The notes below the pieces were generated by a model. The model was not told the origin of the DNA. It saw only the letters and a program-made list of their open reading frames with translations, and made no database searches. DNA of 40,512 nucleotides from a virus (taxonomy: Duplodnaviria > Caudoviricetes), in IMG/VR virus record IMGVR_UViG_3300014613_000044, positions 1-40,512 of that record, one strand, 5' to 3'. A program made the translations under genes and the position numbers. This document shows, one piece after another, positions 1 to 7,958 of this stretch; position 1 is the first letter of the stretch, and each line of letters begins with the position of its first letter.

Positions 1-10
1 CGGGAGGCGA
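1..10. repeat. Terminal 10-bp direct overlap (CGGGAGGCGA), also at 40503-40512; suggests a circular, complete genome
   Basis: First 10 and last 10 bases are identical. Confidence 0.7.
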
Positions 11-222
11 TCCTGCGGCTGGACCCTGACTATGCCGCGTATCTCGATGAGTTCGCAGGCCGGGGTGAGGGGGAGGCGTTGTCGATCCGACAGTTCCACC
101 AGTATTCGGACGAGATGGACCGGATCAACGCCGAGTTCGCGGGTAACGACGTGGATTTCGAGGCGCTGTGGCTCGTACATCGGGAGCGGCTCACAGTGTT
201 GGAGAGGTTGTTGCTGGCGTAG
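1..222 (+). CDS. Hypothetical protein, start uncertain (REAILRLDPDYAAYLDEF...LERLLLA*)
   Basis: Frame 1 is open to TAG at 220-222, just upstream of the parA RBS. No clear ATG even across the circular join. Confidence 0.45.
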   Translation, partial: REAILRLDPDYAAYLDEFAGRGEGEALSIRQFHQYSDEMDRINAEFAGNDVDFEALWLVHRERLTVLERLLLA

Positions 223-244
223 CAGCCAGCGGGAGACGAGGGCT

Positions 245-1039
245 ATGTACACGTTGGCAATAGTCAACCAAAAGGGCGGGGTTGGCAAGACGACGACGGC
301 GGTCACCATCAGTCACGGGCTGGCGTTGGCCGGGGCTGAGGTGCTGTTAGTCGACTTGGATGCCCAGGGCAACGTCGGCGATGCCCTGGGGCTTCAGAAG
401 GAGGGCGGGCTCTACCGGCTGTTATTCAAAAACGGCGGCACGACGTCGATCCAGGCGAGCGGTCGCGAGCGGCTGGACGTGATCCTCGGCGATCACTCGA
501 CGGTGGAGGCGAAGAGCCGCCTGGCGGGTCAGGATTTCCGGGAGTATGCGCTGCGTGACGCGCTGGACCAGTTCGGCAAGACGCACGATGTGTGCCTGCT
601 CGACGTCGCGCCGGGCGTGGACATCCTCCAGATCGCGGCGCTGGTGGCGTGCGATGCCTTCCTCATACCGGTTGAGCTGTCGTACCTCGCGGTCGTCGGC
701 GCGAGCGATGCATTGAGCAGCGCGACCACGCTGATGAATCGCTCGCGCGGATCGTGTGGTCATTTCATCGGCGTGCTGCCGACGATGTGGGAGAGGACGA
801 CGAACGAATCGCACGAGCAGCTCCAGACGCTGGTCGAGTTGTTCGGTGAACAGGGATGGCCGCCCATCCCCCTGGACGTCAAAGCGCGGGAGGCGCCCGC
901 CCACGGTCAGACGCTGTGGGAGTACGCGCCGACCTGCCGGGCGATTCGCGGGGTCGAGATAGGCGGTGTGCGGCGGGGCGGGTATCAGGCGGTGCTGCGG
1001 CGGCTGGCGTTGGAGATCCAGAATGGACGAGATGATTGA
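245..1039 (+). CDS. parA: ParA/Soj family partition ATPase
   Basis: Deviant Walker A NQKGGVGKTT, LLVDLDAQGN, LLDVAPG. True start is ATG 245 after GAGGG. Confidence 0.93.
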   Translation: MYTLAIVNQKGGVGKTTTAVTISHGLALAGAEVLLVDLDAQGNVGDALGLQKEGGLYRLLFKNGGTTSIQASGRERLDVILGDHSTVEAKSRLAGQDFREYALRDALDQFGKTHDVCLLDVAPGVDILQIAALVACDAFLIPVELSYLAVVGASDALSSATTLMNRSRGSCGHFIGVLPTMWERTTNESHEQLQTLVELFGEQGWPPIPLDVKAREAPAHGQTLWEYAPTCRAIRGVEIGGVRRGGYQAVLRRLALEIQNGRDD

Positions 1040-1187
1040 CTCTGGGATTGTGCTCACGGCGTTCTGCGCGCTGATCGGGCTGGCGGTGGGCAGGAGTGAC
1101 CTGGCGCTGGAGCTTGGACTGACGGCGCTGCTGTTGGTAGCGGCGCGGGTGGTGCGGGATTGGTGGCGCGGATGTCGGCGCCGGTGA
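1023..1187 (+). CDS. Small two-TM membrane protein
   Basis: Two hydrophobic segments and a basic C-terminus; overlaps the parA stop. Confidence 0.55.
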   Translation: MDEMIDSGIVLTAFCALIGLAVGRSDLALELGLTALLLVAARVVRDWWRGCRRR

Positions 1188-1197
1188 GGGGGAGACT

Positions 1198-2337
1198 ATG
1201 AAGATTGCAACGCTGTTCAGCGGTGGAGAGGGCGTTAGTGTTGGAGCCCGCGCGGCTGGATTGGAGCACTGCTGGGGCATCGAGTACGACGATGCTATTG
1301 CGCAGGTGGCGCGCGACAATGGTTTCGACGTCCTGACAGCAGACGTTGAAGACGTCAATCCTGATGATCTGGAGCGCCCTGACGTGTTACACGCGAGCCC
1401 ACCGTGCCCGAATTTCTCATCTGCTAAAGTGGGGGCGAGGGAATCGGATCACGATGTCGAGTTAGCCAATCACATAACACGATTCTTGCATCTGAAGCCT
1501 ACTGTGTTTACATTGGAGAATGTGAGTCTATATCGAAAGAGCACAGCCTGGGGGATCATCAGGGAAGCGCTTTACAAGTTGGGTTATTGGTTGGACGTGG
1601 CTCTCGTGAATATGGCGGATTTTGGCGTTCCGCAGACCAGGCGGAGAATGGTCGTGCGGGCGGTTCTGGGCCAGATGGTGCCGTATCTACCACAGCCAGA
1701 GGCATGGCGGGGATGGTACGATGCTATAGTCGATCTGGTGTCTACGCTGCCAGATTCTCATCTGGCGCGATGGCAACTGGAACGGTTGCCAGATGATATA
1801 GTTGAAACAGTACTATTTTCACAAGGCATTTCCAGGGATCACCAGGGCGGGGAGTATCCGATAACGGTGAGACGAGCGGATGAGCCTGGGTTCACAGTGA
1901 CTGCGAACAGCAATATGAATGGTATGCGGGCACTCCTGGTAGGAGGGCAATATAACGCGCCGTCCAGTTGCGAGAATAGATCGCCACAGGTTGCGATGGA
2001 CAGCGAGCCGAGTTTCACAGTGACTGCATCGTACAAGGGCGATTGGCGGGCGTTCATCGTGGATGGGGCCAATGCTGGACGAGATTTGACAGTGCGATGG
2101 GATGATGAACCTATCTGGACTCTGGATGCATCCAGGCCCTCGAGACGTCCGAAAATTGCTGTAATGCGATCCGGTCGGATCGTGCGGATGAACGTGCGGG
2201 CATTGGCGCGGTTCCAGACGTTTCCAGATAGCTACCGTTTGCCTGATTCGCTGTCCTTGGCAGGGCGGATTATCGGAAATGCAGTTCCGCCAGTGTTCTA
2301 TGAGAAGATGATCAGGCAACTGGTCGAGGTGCTATAA
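1198..2337 (+). CDS. DNA cytosine-5 methyltransferase
   Basis: LFSGGEG (motif I), SPPCPNFS (IV), LENV (VI), PQTRRR (VIII), RALARFQTFP and IIGNAVPP (IX/X). Confidence 0.93.
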   Translation: MKIATLFSGGEGVSVGARAAGLEHCWGIEYDDAIAQVARDNGFDVLTADVEDVNPDDLERPDVLHASPPCPNFSSAKVGARESDHDVELANHITRFLHLKPTVFTLENVSLYRKSTAWGIIREALYKLGYWLDVALVNMADFGVPQTRRRMVVRAVLGQMVPYLPQPEAWRGWYDAIVDLVSTLPDSHLARWQLERLPDDIVETVLFSQGISRDHQGGEYPITVRRADEPGFTVTANSNMNGMRALLVGGQYNAPSSCENRSPQVAMDSEPSFTVTASYKGDWRAFIVDGANAGRDLTVRWDDEPIWTLDASRPSRRPKIAVMRSGRIVRMNVRALARFQTFPDSYRLPDSLSLAGRIIGNAVPPVFYEKMIRQLVEVL

Positions 2338-2347
2338 GGAGGCGGCT

Positions 2348-2731
2348 ATGGCGAGGCAGAAGGTGAGACTGGATCCGGCTGTGGATGCTGTGCTGGGGGA
2401 AGGCCGCCAGCGGCGGGAGCGACGGCGGATGACGCCAGGCCAGCGGAAGAAGGCGGAGCAGGATGCAAAGCGCAAGCGGGTCACGTTTGAGCTCAAGCCA
2501 GAGGTGGTGGAGATGGTCAGGCTCATCGCCGAGTTCGAGGAGTGCTCGCCGGCGGGGGTTGTGGATCTCTTCGTGGCGGAGGCTGCGCAGCAATACGTCC
2601 AGGGCGAGATCATCCTCGATGGAAGGCGTCGCCCGAGCCGATCACCGCGCTGGGGATGGGTGATCGTGCTGGACGGGCTGGATGACCTGGTGGCCTCGCT
2701 GCGGCAGTTCCTGAATCGTGGACAAAAGTGA
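2348..2731 (+). CDS. Ribbon-helix-helix DNA-binding protein, ParG-like partition adaptor candidate
   Basis: Basic N-terminal tail, then RKRVTFELKPEVVEMVRLIAEFEECSPAGVVDLFVAEA (RHH pattern). In the parA operon; AAGGAGG RBS. Confidence 0.6.
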   Translation: MARQKVRLDPAVDAVLGEGRQRRERRRMTPGQRKKAEQDAKRKRVTFELKPEVVEMVRLIAEFEECSPAGVVDLFVAEAAQQYVQGEIILDGRRRPSRSPRWGWVIVLDGLDDLVASLRQFLNRGQK

Positions 2732-2752
2732 AAACTGGGCTGTTTTCGGGCG

Positions 2753-2840
2753 TTATACGGTGGGGTTATACGGTGGGGTTGGGTTTTTCAACGGTGGGGT
2801 TATACGGTGGGGTTATACGGTGGGGTTATACGGTGGGGTT
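2753..2840. repeat. Tandem 13-bp repeat array TTATACGGTGGGG (5 full copies plus 1 partial); parS- or clt-like candidate
   Basis: Copies at 2753, 2766, 2800, 2813, 2826; partial ACGGTGGGG at 2791. Confidence 0.9.
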
Positions 2841-2938
2841 AGCGCCCCAGGAGGCGTTCTAAGGGTCGTTTTTGGGGGTTGACGTACTAGGTACGGCAGG
2901 CGGGTTTTGGGGGCTGGGAGGCAGCCCAGGAGCACGAG

Positions 2939-4174
2939 ATGAGGATGACGGGAAGTCCAGGGGCGGGAAAACCGGTGAGCGAGATCGATTTCAAGGCGGG
3001 GCTGATCCAGGCGGCGCTGATGGTGCGCAACGTGGAGGCGATCGTCTCGCCGGTGTTCGACGGTCCGCAGGTCGAGGTGTTTGGGGTCTCGCTGGCGCTG
3101 GGGGTCAAGCCGGAGATGGTGGAGAACGCGGCGGGGGCGCTGGCGCTGGCGGCCGGGGCGAAGGCGTGCCGGGTGGCCCGGGCGGACGGGCGGCTGCTGG
3201 TGGAGGTCCCCAAGCCGCCAGGGCAGCGAAAGACGCTGAGCGCGCGGCGGTTGGTGCGGATCCGGCCGCCGAGCCCGTGGCACGTGCCGGTGGGGCTGGG
3301 GATGACGGGCAAGATCGTGTGGTTCAATCTGGCGGATGAGCGGATGTGCCACACGGTACTGGGCGGGACGACGCGCAGCGGCAAGACGAATCTCCTCCAC
3401 TGGATCCTCTTCCGCCTGCTGTCACAGAATCCGGGGCGCGCCTTACAACTGCTGTTACTGGACCCCAAGGGCTCAGAGCTGCAACCCTTCGCCAGCGTGC
3501 GCCACCTGCTCCATCCCCCGCAGCATATCACTGAGGAGATCATCAAGGTTTTAATGTGGGTGGATGGTACGATGAAGGAGCGGGCGGTCGAGGGGGTGAA
3601 GGAGCCCCGCATCCTGGTGGTGATCGACGAGGTGCGGAACCTGATCCGGGCGGATAAGAAGGTGGTGGGACTGCTGAGCTCGATCGCGGAGATGGGGGCG
3701 GGCGAGGGGGTCCACCTGGTGGTGACGACGCAGCAGCCTGGCGCGAAGGCGCTGGGCGAGGCGCTGGCCAACTTCCCGTGCCGGTTCCTGGGCCGGGTGT
3801 CATCGCGGACGCTGGAATATGGCGCGGCGGGGCGGGGGCGATCGCAGGCGGCGGACTTGCTCGGGCGGGGGGATTTCCTGCGCATCACGCAGGATGGGAT
3901 CACGCGGCTGCAGGTGCCGAAGATGGACGGGGCGATGCTGGCCCAGCTCCCGCAGGCGCGGCAGGTGCGGCGATTGGAGTTGGGGACGTTCGTGGAGTGC
4001 GAGCCCGAGATCGACGCGAGGGGCGGGTGGCAGCGGAAGGAGCTGGATATGGACGCGGTGCAGGAGGCGGTCGAGGAGGGGATGACGACGAGCCAGCTCG
4101 GGCGGGAATTCGGGATCAACTTTTATCGGGCACAGCGGCTGAGAGAGCAGTTTGGAGGCGACAATGGAAGGTAA
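2939..4174 (+). CDS. FtsK/SpoIIIE-family ATPase with C-terminal winged-helix-like segment
   Basis: GGTTRSGKT Walker A, LLLLDPKG, LVVIDE Walker B, GVHLVVTTQ, LLGRGDFL. C-terminal TTSQLGREFGINFYRAQRL resembles the FtsK gamma domain. Confidence 0.85.
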   Translation: MRMTGSPGAGKPVSEIDFKAGLIQAALMVRNVEAIVSPVFDGPQVEVFGVSLALGVKPEMVENAAGALALAAGAKACRVARADGRLLVEVPKPPGQRKTLSARRLVRIRPPSPWHVPVGLGMTGKIVWFNLADERMCHTVLGGTTRSGKTNLLHWILFRLLSQNPGRALQLLLLDPKGSELQPFASVRHLLHPPQHITEEIIKVLMWVDGTMKERAVEGVKEPRILVVIDEVRNLIRADKKVVGLLSSIAEMGAGEGVHLVVTTQQPGAKALGEALANFPCRFLGRVSSRTLEYGAAGRGRSQAADLLGRGDFLRITQDGITRLQVPKMDGAMLAQLPQARQVRRLELGTFVECEPEIDARGGWQRKELDMDAVQEAVEEGMTTSQLGREFGINFYRAQRLREQFGGDNGR

Positions 4175-4631
4175 GAAGGTCGTGGGAGTGCTGATCGTTT
4201 GGGGCGTTCTCATCAGTGTGATCGCGGTCGTGATCCTGCTGGTGCGGCTGGACCAGGGTATGGTGTTCACGGTCGTGCTGATCCTGGTGATCGGGCTGGT
4301 GCTGGCGCTGATCATCGGCGCGAGTGCGTTGCCGATCCGGGCAAGCAAGAAACGGGAGGGTCCGCACGAGCGGGAGATCATCCGGGAGAAACATACGATC
4401 GATGGGCGAGTGACGGAAGCGCCCAAGATCTACCAGGTCGGGCAGCAGCCGCAGGGGTTCGCGGGGATGTTCCCGACGTTGTTACGGGCGGCGTACCTGG
4501 CAGGGGAGCGGCAGGTGATGGGCGGGCAGCAGCCGCAGATGCTGGAGGCGGAGGTCGAGGACGTGACTGGCGGGGAGTGGGAGGAGTGGTCGGGGCCGAT
4601 CGTCGGCGCGGAGGATGATACGCAATCATAG
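4164..4631 (+). CDS. Two-TM membrane protein coupled to the FtsK gene
   Basis: Two long hydrophobic helices at the N-terminus; GGAGG RBS; overlaps the FtsK stop. Confidence 0.75.
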   Translation: MEGKKVVGVLIVWGVLISVIAVVILLVRLDQGMVFTVVLILVIGLVLALIIGASALPIRASKKREGPHEREIIREKHTIDGRVTEAPKIYQVGQQPQGFAGMFPTLLRAAYLAGERQVMGGQQPQMLEAEVEDVTGGEWEEWSGPIVGAEDDTQS

Positions 4632-4715
4632 CTGTTATTGTTGGGGCGTAGAGGGGGGGGAGGGATTTGCGTAGCGGTGGGCAGGAGGTTACTATACGAA
4701 GTTTGGCAGGGTGTG

Positions 4716-4748
4716 GCAAATCGGCAAGTTGGCAAATCAGCAAATCAT
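4716..4748. repeat. Degenerate 8-bp tandem repeat (GGCAAATC-like x4) before an RBS
   Basis: GGCAAATC GGCAAGTT GGCAAATC AGCAAATC, then ATAGGAGG. Confidence 0.6.
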
Positions 4749-4760
4749 AGGAGGCGTGAG

Positions 4761-5411
4761 GTGAACGTGTTCAAGGCATTGACAAGGATCGGCAAGGGTA
4801 AGGTGGATCGGACGCCGGGGACGGCGATCAGGGTGTACGACGTGCCGCAGCGGGATGATCAGTCTGGGGCGGCGGCGGTGAAGGGGACGGAGGTCGCTAT
4901 CTGGAGGCCTCCGGTTATGCTCGATATGCAGGGGCGCTCGATCCCCGGTGTGAGCAAGGCGCTCATCGCGCGGTACTTGGTGAGCGCGACGTCGGCGCTG
5001 GCGGAGGCGGACCTGGGTCCCGTCTCGGTGGAATGGAAGGCGCAGGTTGGGCGGTTCGTCGAGACGGAGTTCACGGTGCACGCGTGGGGCCAGTTGGTGA
5101 CGTTGATCCATCCGATCGCGCCCGTGTCCCAGGAGTTGGCGAACACCTGGGAGATGTACAAGGGCGCGATGGCCAGGAAGGTCAGGGAACTCCACAAGGG
5201 GCATCAGAAGTTCGGCGATGCGAACCGGATACTGGATCTGGTGGAACAGAAGCTGGAGAATCTCAGAGATGAGGACGTGCCGCAGTTTAGTGATGCCGAG
5301 TTCTTGTTCCTAGACGCGGCATTCCATCAGGCAAAGGTTTTGTCTGCGTTGATTCCCGTCTCGGATGTGGAGGCGGAGGAGGTGGTGGGGGAGAGTATGA
5401 CAGTCGGGTAG
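4761..5411 (+). CDS. Hypothetical protein
   Basis: Long ORF; AGGAGG RBS before GTG 4761/4767. Confidence 0.7.
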   Translation: MNVFKALTRIGKGKVDRTPGTAIRVYDVPQRDDQSGAAAVKGTEVAIWRPPVMLDMQGRSIPGVSKALIARYLVSATSALAEADLGPVSVEWKAQVGRFVETEFTVHAWGQLVTLIHPIAPVSQELANTWEMYKGAMARKVRELHKGHQKFGDANRILDLVEQKLENLRDEDVPQFSDAEFLFLDAAFHQAKVLSALIPVSDVEAEEVVGESMTVG

Positions 5412-5432
5412 TCGGAAAGTGGGTATAGAACC

Positions 5433-5464
5433 GGGGGAGGGTCGGGGACGGCCCTCCCCAGTTT
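5433..5464 (+). terminator. Possible intrinsic terminator hairpin
   Basis: GGGGAGGGTC...GGCCCTCCCC followed by AGTTT; short U-tract. Confidence 0.4.
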
Positions 5465-5489
5465 AGAGCAGGATTGGGAGGATGAACGG

Positions 5490-5792
5490 ATGGATGAACG
5501 ATTCCAGGAAGGTGAGCGGGTGCGGATCTGGGACCAGCACAGCACGCTGCACGGGCGGGTGGGGACGGTGGTGCAGGCGGATGAGCAGCGGTATCAGTAT
5601 GTGGTGGTGCTGGTGGATGGGGCGGAGTTGCCGCAGTGGTGGCCGTGTGAGAAATTGCGGCGGGTGGATGAGGATCTGGCGCTGGTGATGCGGTATACCG
5701 GCTGGTCGCGGGAGATCGCGGAGGCAGCTATCCGACAGTGGAAGGAGCAGGATCCTGATTGGAGCGCGGAGTACATAGCGGAGTATTTGTGA
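5490..5792 (+). CDS. Small SH3/KOW-like beta-barrel protein
   Basis: FQEGERVRI...HGRVGTVV...YVVVL...WWPCEKL pattern. Confidence 0.6.
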   Translation: MDERFQEGERVRIWDQHSTLHGRVGTVVQADEQRYQYVVVLVDGAELPQWWPCEKLRRVDEDLALVMRYTGWSREIAEAAIRQWKEQDPDWSAEYIAEYL

Positions 5793-5935
5793 TGAGGAAG
5801 GCAAAAGACGGCGCAATATTTGTCGCGGTGAATAGATGGGTATTTAACGATGAGTTCATCGCGCATTGTGTAGATCAGTTCCAGAAACGATTCGGTGTTG
5901 AGCCAGAGGTGGATGGGAATGGACGTGGCGATTGA
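5792..5935 (+). CDS. Small hypothetical protein (47 aa)
   Basis: TGATG stop-start coupling; MRKAKDGAIFVAVNRWVFNDEFIAHCVDQFQKRFGVEPEVDGNGRGD. Confidence 0.4.
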   Translation: MRKAKDGAIFVAVNRWVFNDEFIAHCVDQFQKRFGVEPEVDGNGRGD

Positions 5936-6824
5936 CGCGCCTCGGCGACCGGCGGTCCGATACTATGGGGGGAAGTGGCGGATTGCGCTGTGGATCATCA
6001 GCCACCTGCCCAGGGACCACGAGTGTTACGTGGAGCCGTTCGGCGGGGCGATGAGTGTGTTGTTGCGCAAGTCGCGGTCGCCATTGGAGGTCTATAACGA
6101 TCTCAATGGCGGTGTGGTGAATTTCTTCCAGGTGCTGCGGGAGCAGCCGGACGAGCTGATCAGGGCGATCACGCTCACGCCCTGGTCCCGGGCCGAGTAC
6201 GAGCTGGCCCAGGAGCAGTCCGACGACCCGGTCGAGGAGGCCAGGCGGTTCTACGTCAGCGCCTGGCAGGGGTTCGGAGGCGGACGGGCAAGGTGGCGGC
6301 AGGGGTGGAGATACCAGGTGCGCAGCGGTACGCTCTGGAAACCCAGCTCAATGAGTTTCCGCAACACGGACCACCTGTGGACGATCGTCGACCGGCTACG
6401 GGGGGTGCAGATCGAGTGTAGGGACGCGCTCCAAGTGATCAGGCAATGCGACGCACCGACAACACTGTTCTACCTGGATCCTCCCTACGTGTGGGGGACC
6501 AGGTCAAAGTGGCGCGACATCTACGCCGTGGAGATGTCCGACGAGGACCACGAGGAGCTGGCGGATCTGGTGATGGGTCTGGAGGGGATGGTGCTGATCT
6601 CGGGGTATCCGTCAGGGTTGTATACGTGGTGGTATGAGCGGCGCGGCTGGCGGCGGGTGGAAACGCAGGCGCGGACGAACGGCGGCGGGGCGATCTCCAG
6701 TGTGTCGCGGACTGAGGCGCTGTGGATTTCGCCGAGCGCGCAGCGGGCGCTGGAGCGGGAGAGGATGCCGTTGTTCCACTGGAACGGGCGTTCTATTGAC
6801 GGCGGGGGGGTGAGTGTGGTATAA
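5919..6824 (+). CDS. DNA adenine methyltransferase, Dam/D12 class
   Basis: RYYGGKWR, YVEPFGG, VYNDLN, FYLDPPY motifs. Confidence 0.93.
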   Translation: MDVAIDAPRRPAVRYYGGKWRIALWIISHLPRDHECYVEPFGGAMSVLLRKSRSPLEVYNDLNGGVVNFFQVLREQPDELIRAITLTPWSRAEYELAQEQSDDPVEEARRFYVSAWQGFGGGRARWRQGWRYQVRSGTLWKPSSMSFRNTDHLWTIVDRLRGVQIECRDALQVIRQCDAPTTLFYLDPPYVWGTRSKWRDIYAVEMSDEDHEELADLVMGLEGMVLISGYPSGLYTWWYERRGWRRVETQARTNGGGAISSVSRTEALWISPSAQRALERERMPLFHWNGRSIDGGGVSVV

Positions 6825-6825
6825 T
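6782..6825 (+). promoter_or_regulatory. Sigma70-type promoter with upstream LexA-type box
   Basis: GAAC-GGGC-GTTC 6782-6793; TTGACG 6796-6801, 18-bp spacer, TGn-TATAAT 6820-6825. Confidence 0.75.
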
Positions 6826-6831
6826 GGGCAT

Positions 6832-7004
6832 GAGCAAGGCAGCTCAGTCAGCGGGCTTTTTGGTTCTGCCCGTGCCCCACAACCGTATAGGTTGCGGCCA
6901 GAGATCCGCAACGGCACAAGTGTCCGCTGTGAGTTGCCTTGCTCCCGGGCAGGCGAGCCGTTGCGGATCTCTGGCGTTATGGTACAGATAAAGGAGCAAG
7001 GCAA
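6832..7004 (+). ncRNA. Structured RNA leader / C4-like antisense cassette 1
   Basis: Perfect 19-bp IR 6897-6915/6957-6975. Its loop (6924-6952) is complementary both to upstream 6832-6872 and to the RBS region 6993-7004. Confidence 0.7.
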
Positions 7005-7259
7005 ATGCAGATTCTACAGATTCACCCGGCCTACGCGGATGTCCAACTGACGGCGGATGAGTGCGTGGTGCTGGCGCAGGTGTGCGAGGTGGCGCTGGAG
7101 GATCATTTCCAGGGCCGGGATGAGGCGGAGAGGAAGCGGTACGTGGAGACGGCGGGGGGGTTGTTCAGGGCGGTGGCAGTGGCGGGGCTGGCGCGGCATT
7201 GTATGCGGCCTGCGGAGCAGGTGGAGTTGGATGGGGCGCTGGCGGAGGCGGGGTTGTAA
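7005..7259 (+). CDS. Small hypothetical protein under control of cassette 1
   Basis: AAGGAG RBS, ATG 7005; MQILQIHPAYADVQLTADEC... Confidence 0.75.
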   Translation: MQILQIHPAYADVQLTADECVVLAQVCEVALEDHFQGRDEAERKRYVETAGGLFRAVAVAGLARHCMRPAEQVELDGALAEAGL

Positions 7260-7290
7260 CGCGGATTACAGGACGGGAACGGATCGGAGG
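7258..7290 (+). repeat. Dispersed GGA-rich boundary element, type A copy (first of 11 full copies)
   Basis: AACGCGGATTACAGGACGGGAACGGATCGGAGG. Other copies at 11581, 12792, 13634, 15740, 16261, 17734, 20687, 22503, 24192, 25871. Confidence 0.9.
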
Positions 7291-7345
7291 GCACCGGCTT
7301 GTGGGGCGGCCGGTGCCCATCAGAATGGAGAATGGAGGATGGAGA

Positions 7346-7540
7346 ATGGAGACGGGTGATACGGTCTACATCAACAGTCCAAAGGCAGAGTTTCACGGGG
7401 AGCGGGGGGAGATCGTGGATGTGGATGACGCGCGGGCGTATCCCTACCAGGTCAGGATCCGCAGGCGGGGGCTGGTGTTGTGGTTTCCGGAGGGGGAGTT
7501 GAGCGAGAGGAAGCTGGAGGAAGGGTTAGAAATTTCTTAA
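7346..7540 (+). CDS. Small SH3/KOW-like protein, second paralogue-like copy
   Basis: METGDTVYI...FHGERGEIVDV...YQVRI...LWFPEGEL; preceded by an AGAATGG x4 heptamer. Confidence 0.6.
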   Translation: METGDTVYINSPKAEFHGERGEIVDVDDARAYPYQVRIRRRGLVLWFPEGELSERKLEEGLEIS

Positions 7541-7589
7541 AACCGGGTCGAATTGCCCGCTCCATCTTGACTGTCGCCGGTTGGGGGTA

Positions 7590-7640
7590 TTGACAGCAAG
7601 GGACATTTCTGCTATACTGTGTTCAGAACATTAGTTCTGA
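7590..7640 (+). promoter_or_regulatory. Near-consensus promoter with LexA-type operator over the start site (late/lysis promoter)
   Basis: TTGACA 7590-7595, 17 bp, TGn-TATACT 7613-7618; palindrome TCAGAAC-ATTA-GTTCTGA 7623-7640. Confidence 0.85.
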
Positions 7641-7652
7641 CGAGGGCTGACC

Positions 7653-7841
7653 GTGGTAGTTCGCGATGGAGTGCAAGAATATGAGGTCAATGGGCGGGCA
7701 GCGGCGATGGTGCGATATATCGCCAAGCGAGCGACATCGATCAATCGAGTGGGACCGGTGAAGGTTGAGTTGAACGCTGCGGGGCGGAAGGTGAAGGGCC
7801 GAGTGGTAGCGTTCGACGATGGTGAAGAGATCATCCAATAG
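7653..7841 (+). CDS. Small hypothetical protein
   Basis: First ORF after the promoter; GAGGG RBS. Confidence 0.55.
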   Translation: MVVRDGVQEYEVNGRAAAMVRYIAKRATSINRVGPVKVELNAAGRKVKGRVVAFDDGEEIIQ

Positions 7842-7888
7842 TACAGTTTAAGTGAATAGCCCTACGGGGCGCACGGCGTTAGCGATAC

Positions 7889-7935
7889 AAAGCGCGCCAT
7901 CTCTCATTGGGAGAGGTGGCGCGCTTTTGGTTTTT
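7889..7935 (+). terminator. Intrinsic terminator before the lysis/late genes
   Basis: AAAGCGCGCCATCTCTC...GAGAGGTGGCGCGCTTTTGGTTTTT. Confidence 0.8.
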
Positions 7936-7958
7936 ATATCACATTCGGGAGGTGTGAG

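Noticed and set aside
32-244. N-terminal extension of ParA
   Set aside because: Arg/Ser-rich off-frame read of the upstream gene; the ParA motif and RBS begin at ATG 245.
2753-2840. CRISPR array
   Set aside because: 13-bp units are head-to-tail with no unique spacers, and there are no cas genes.
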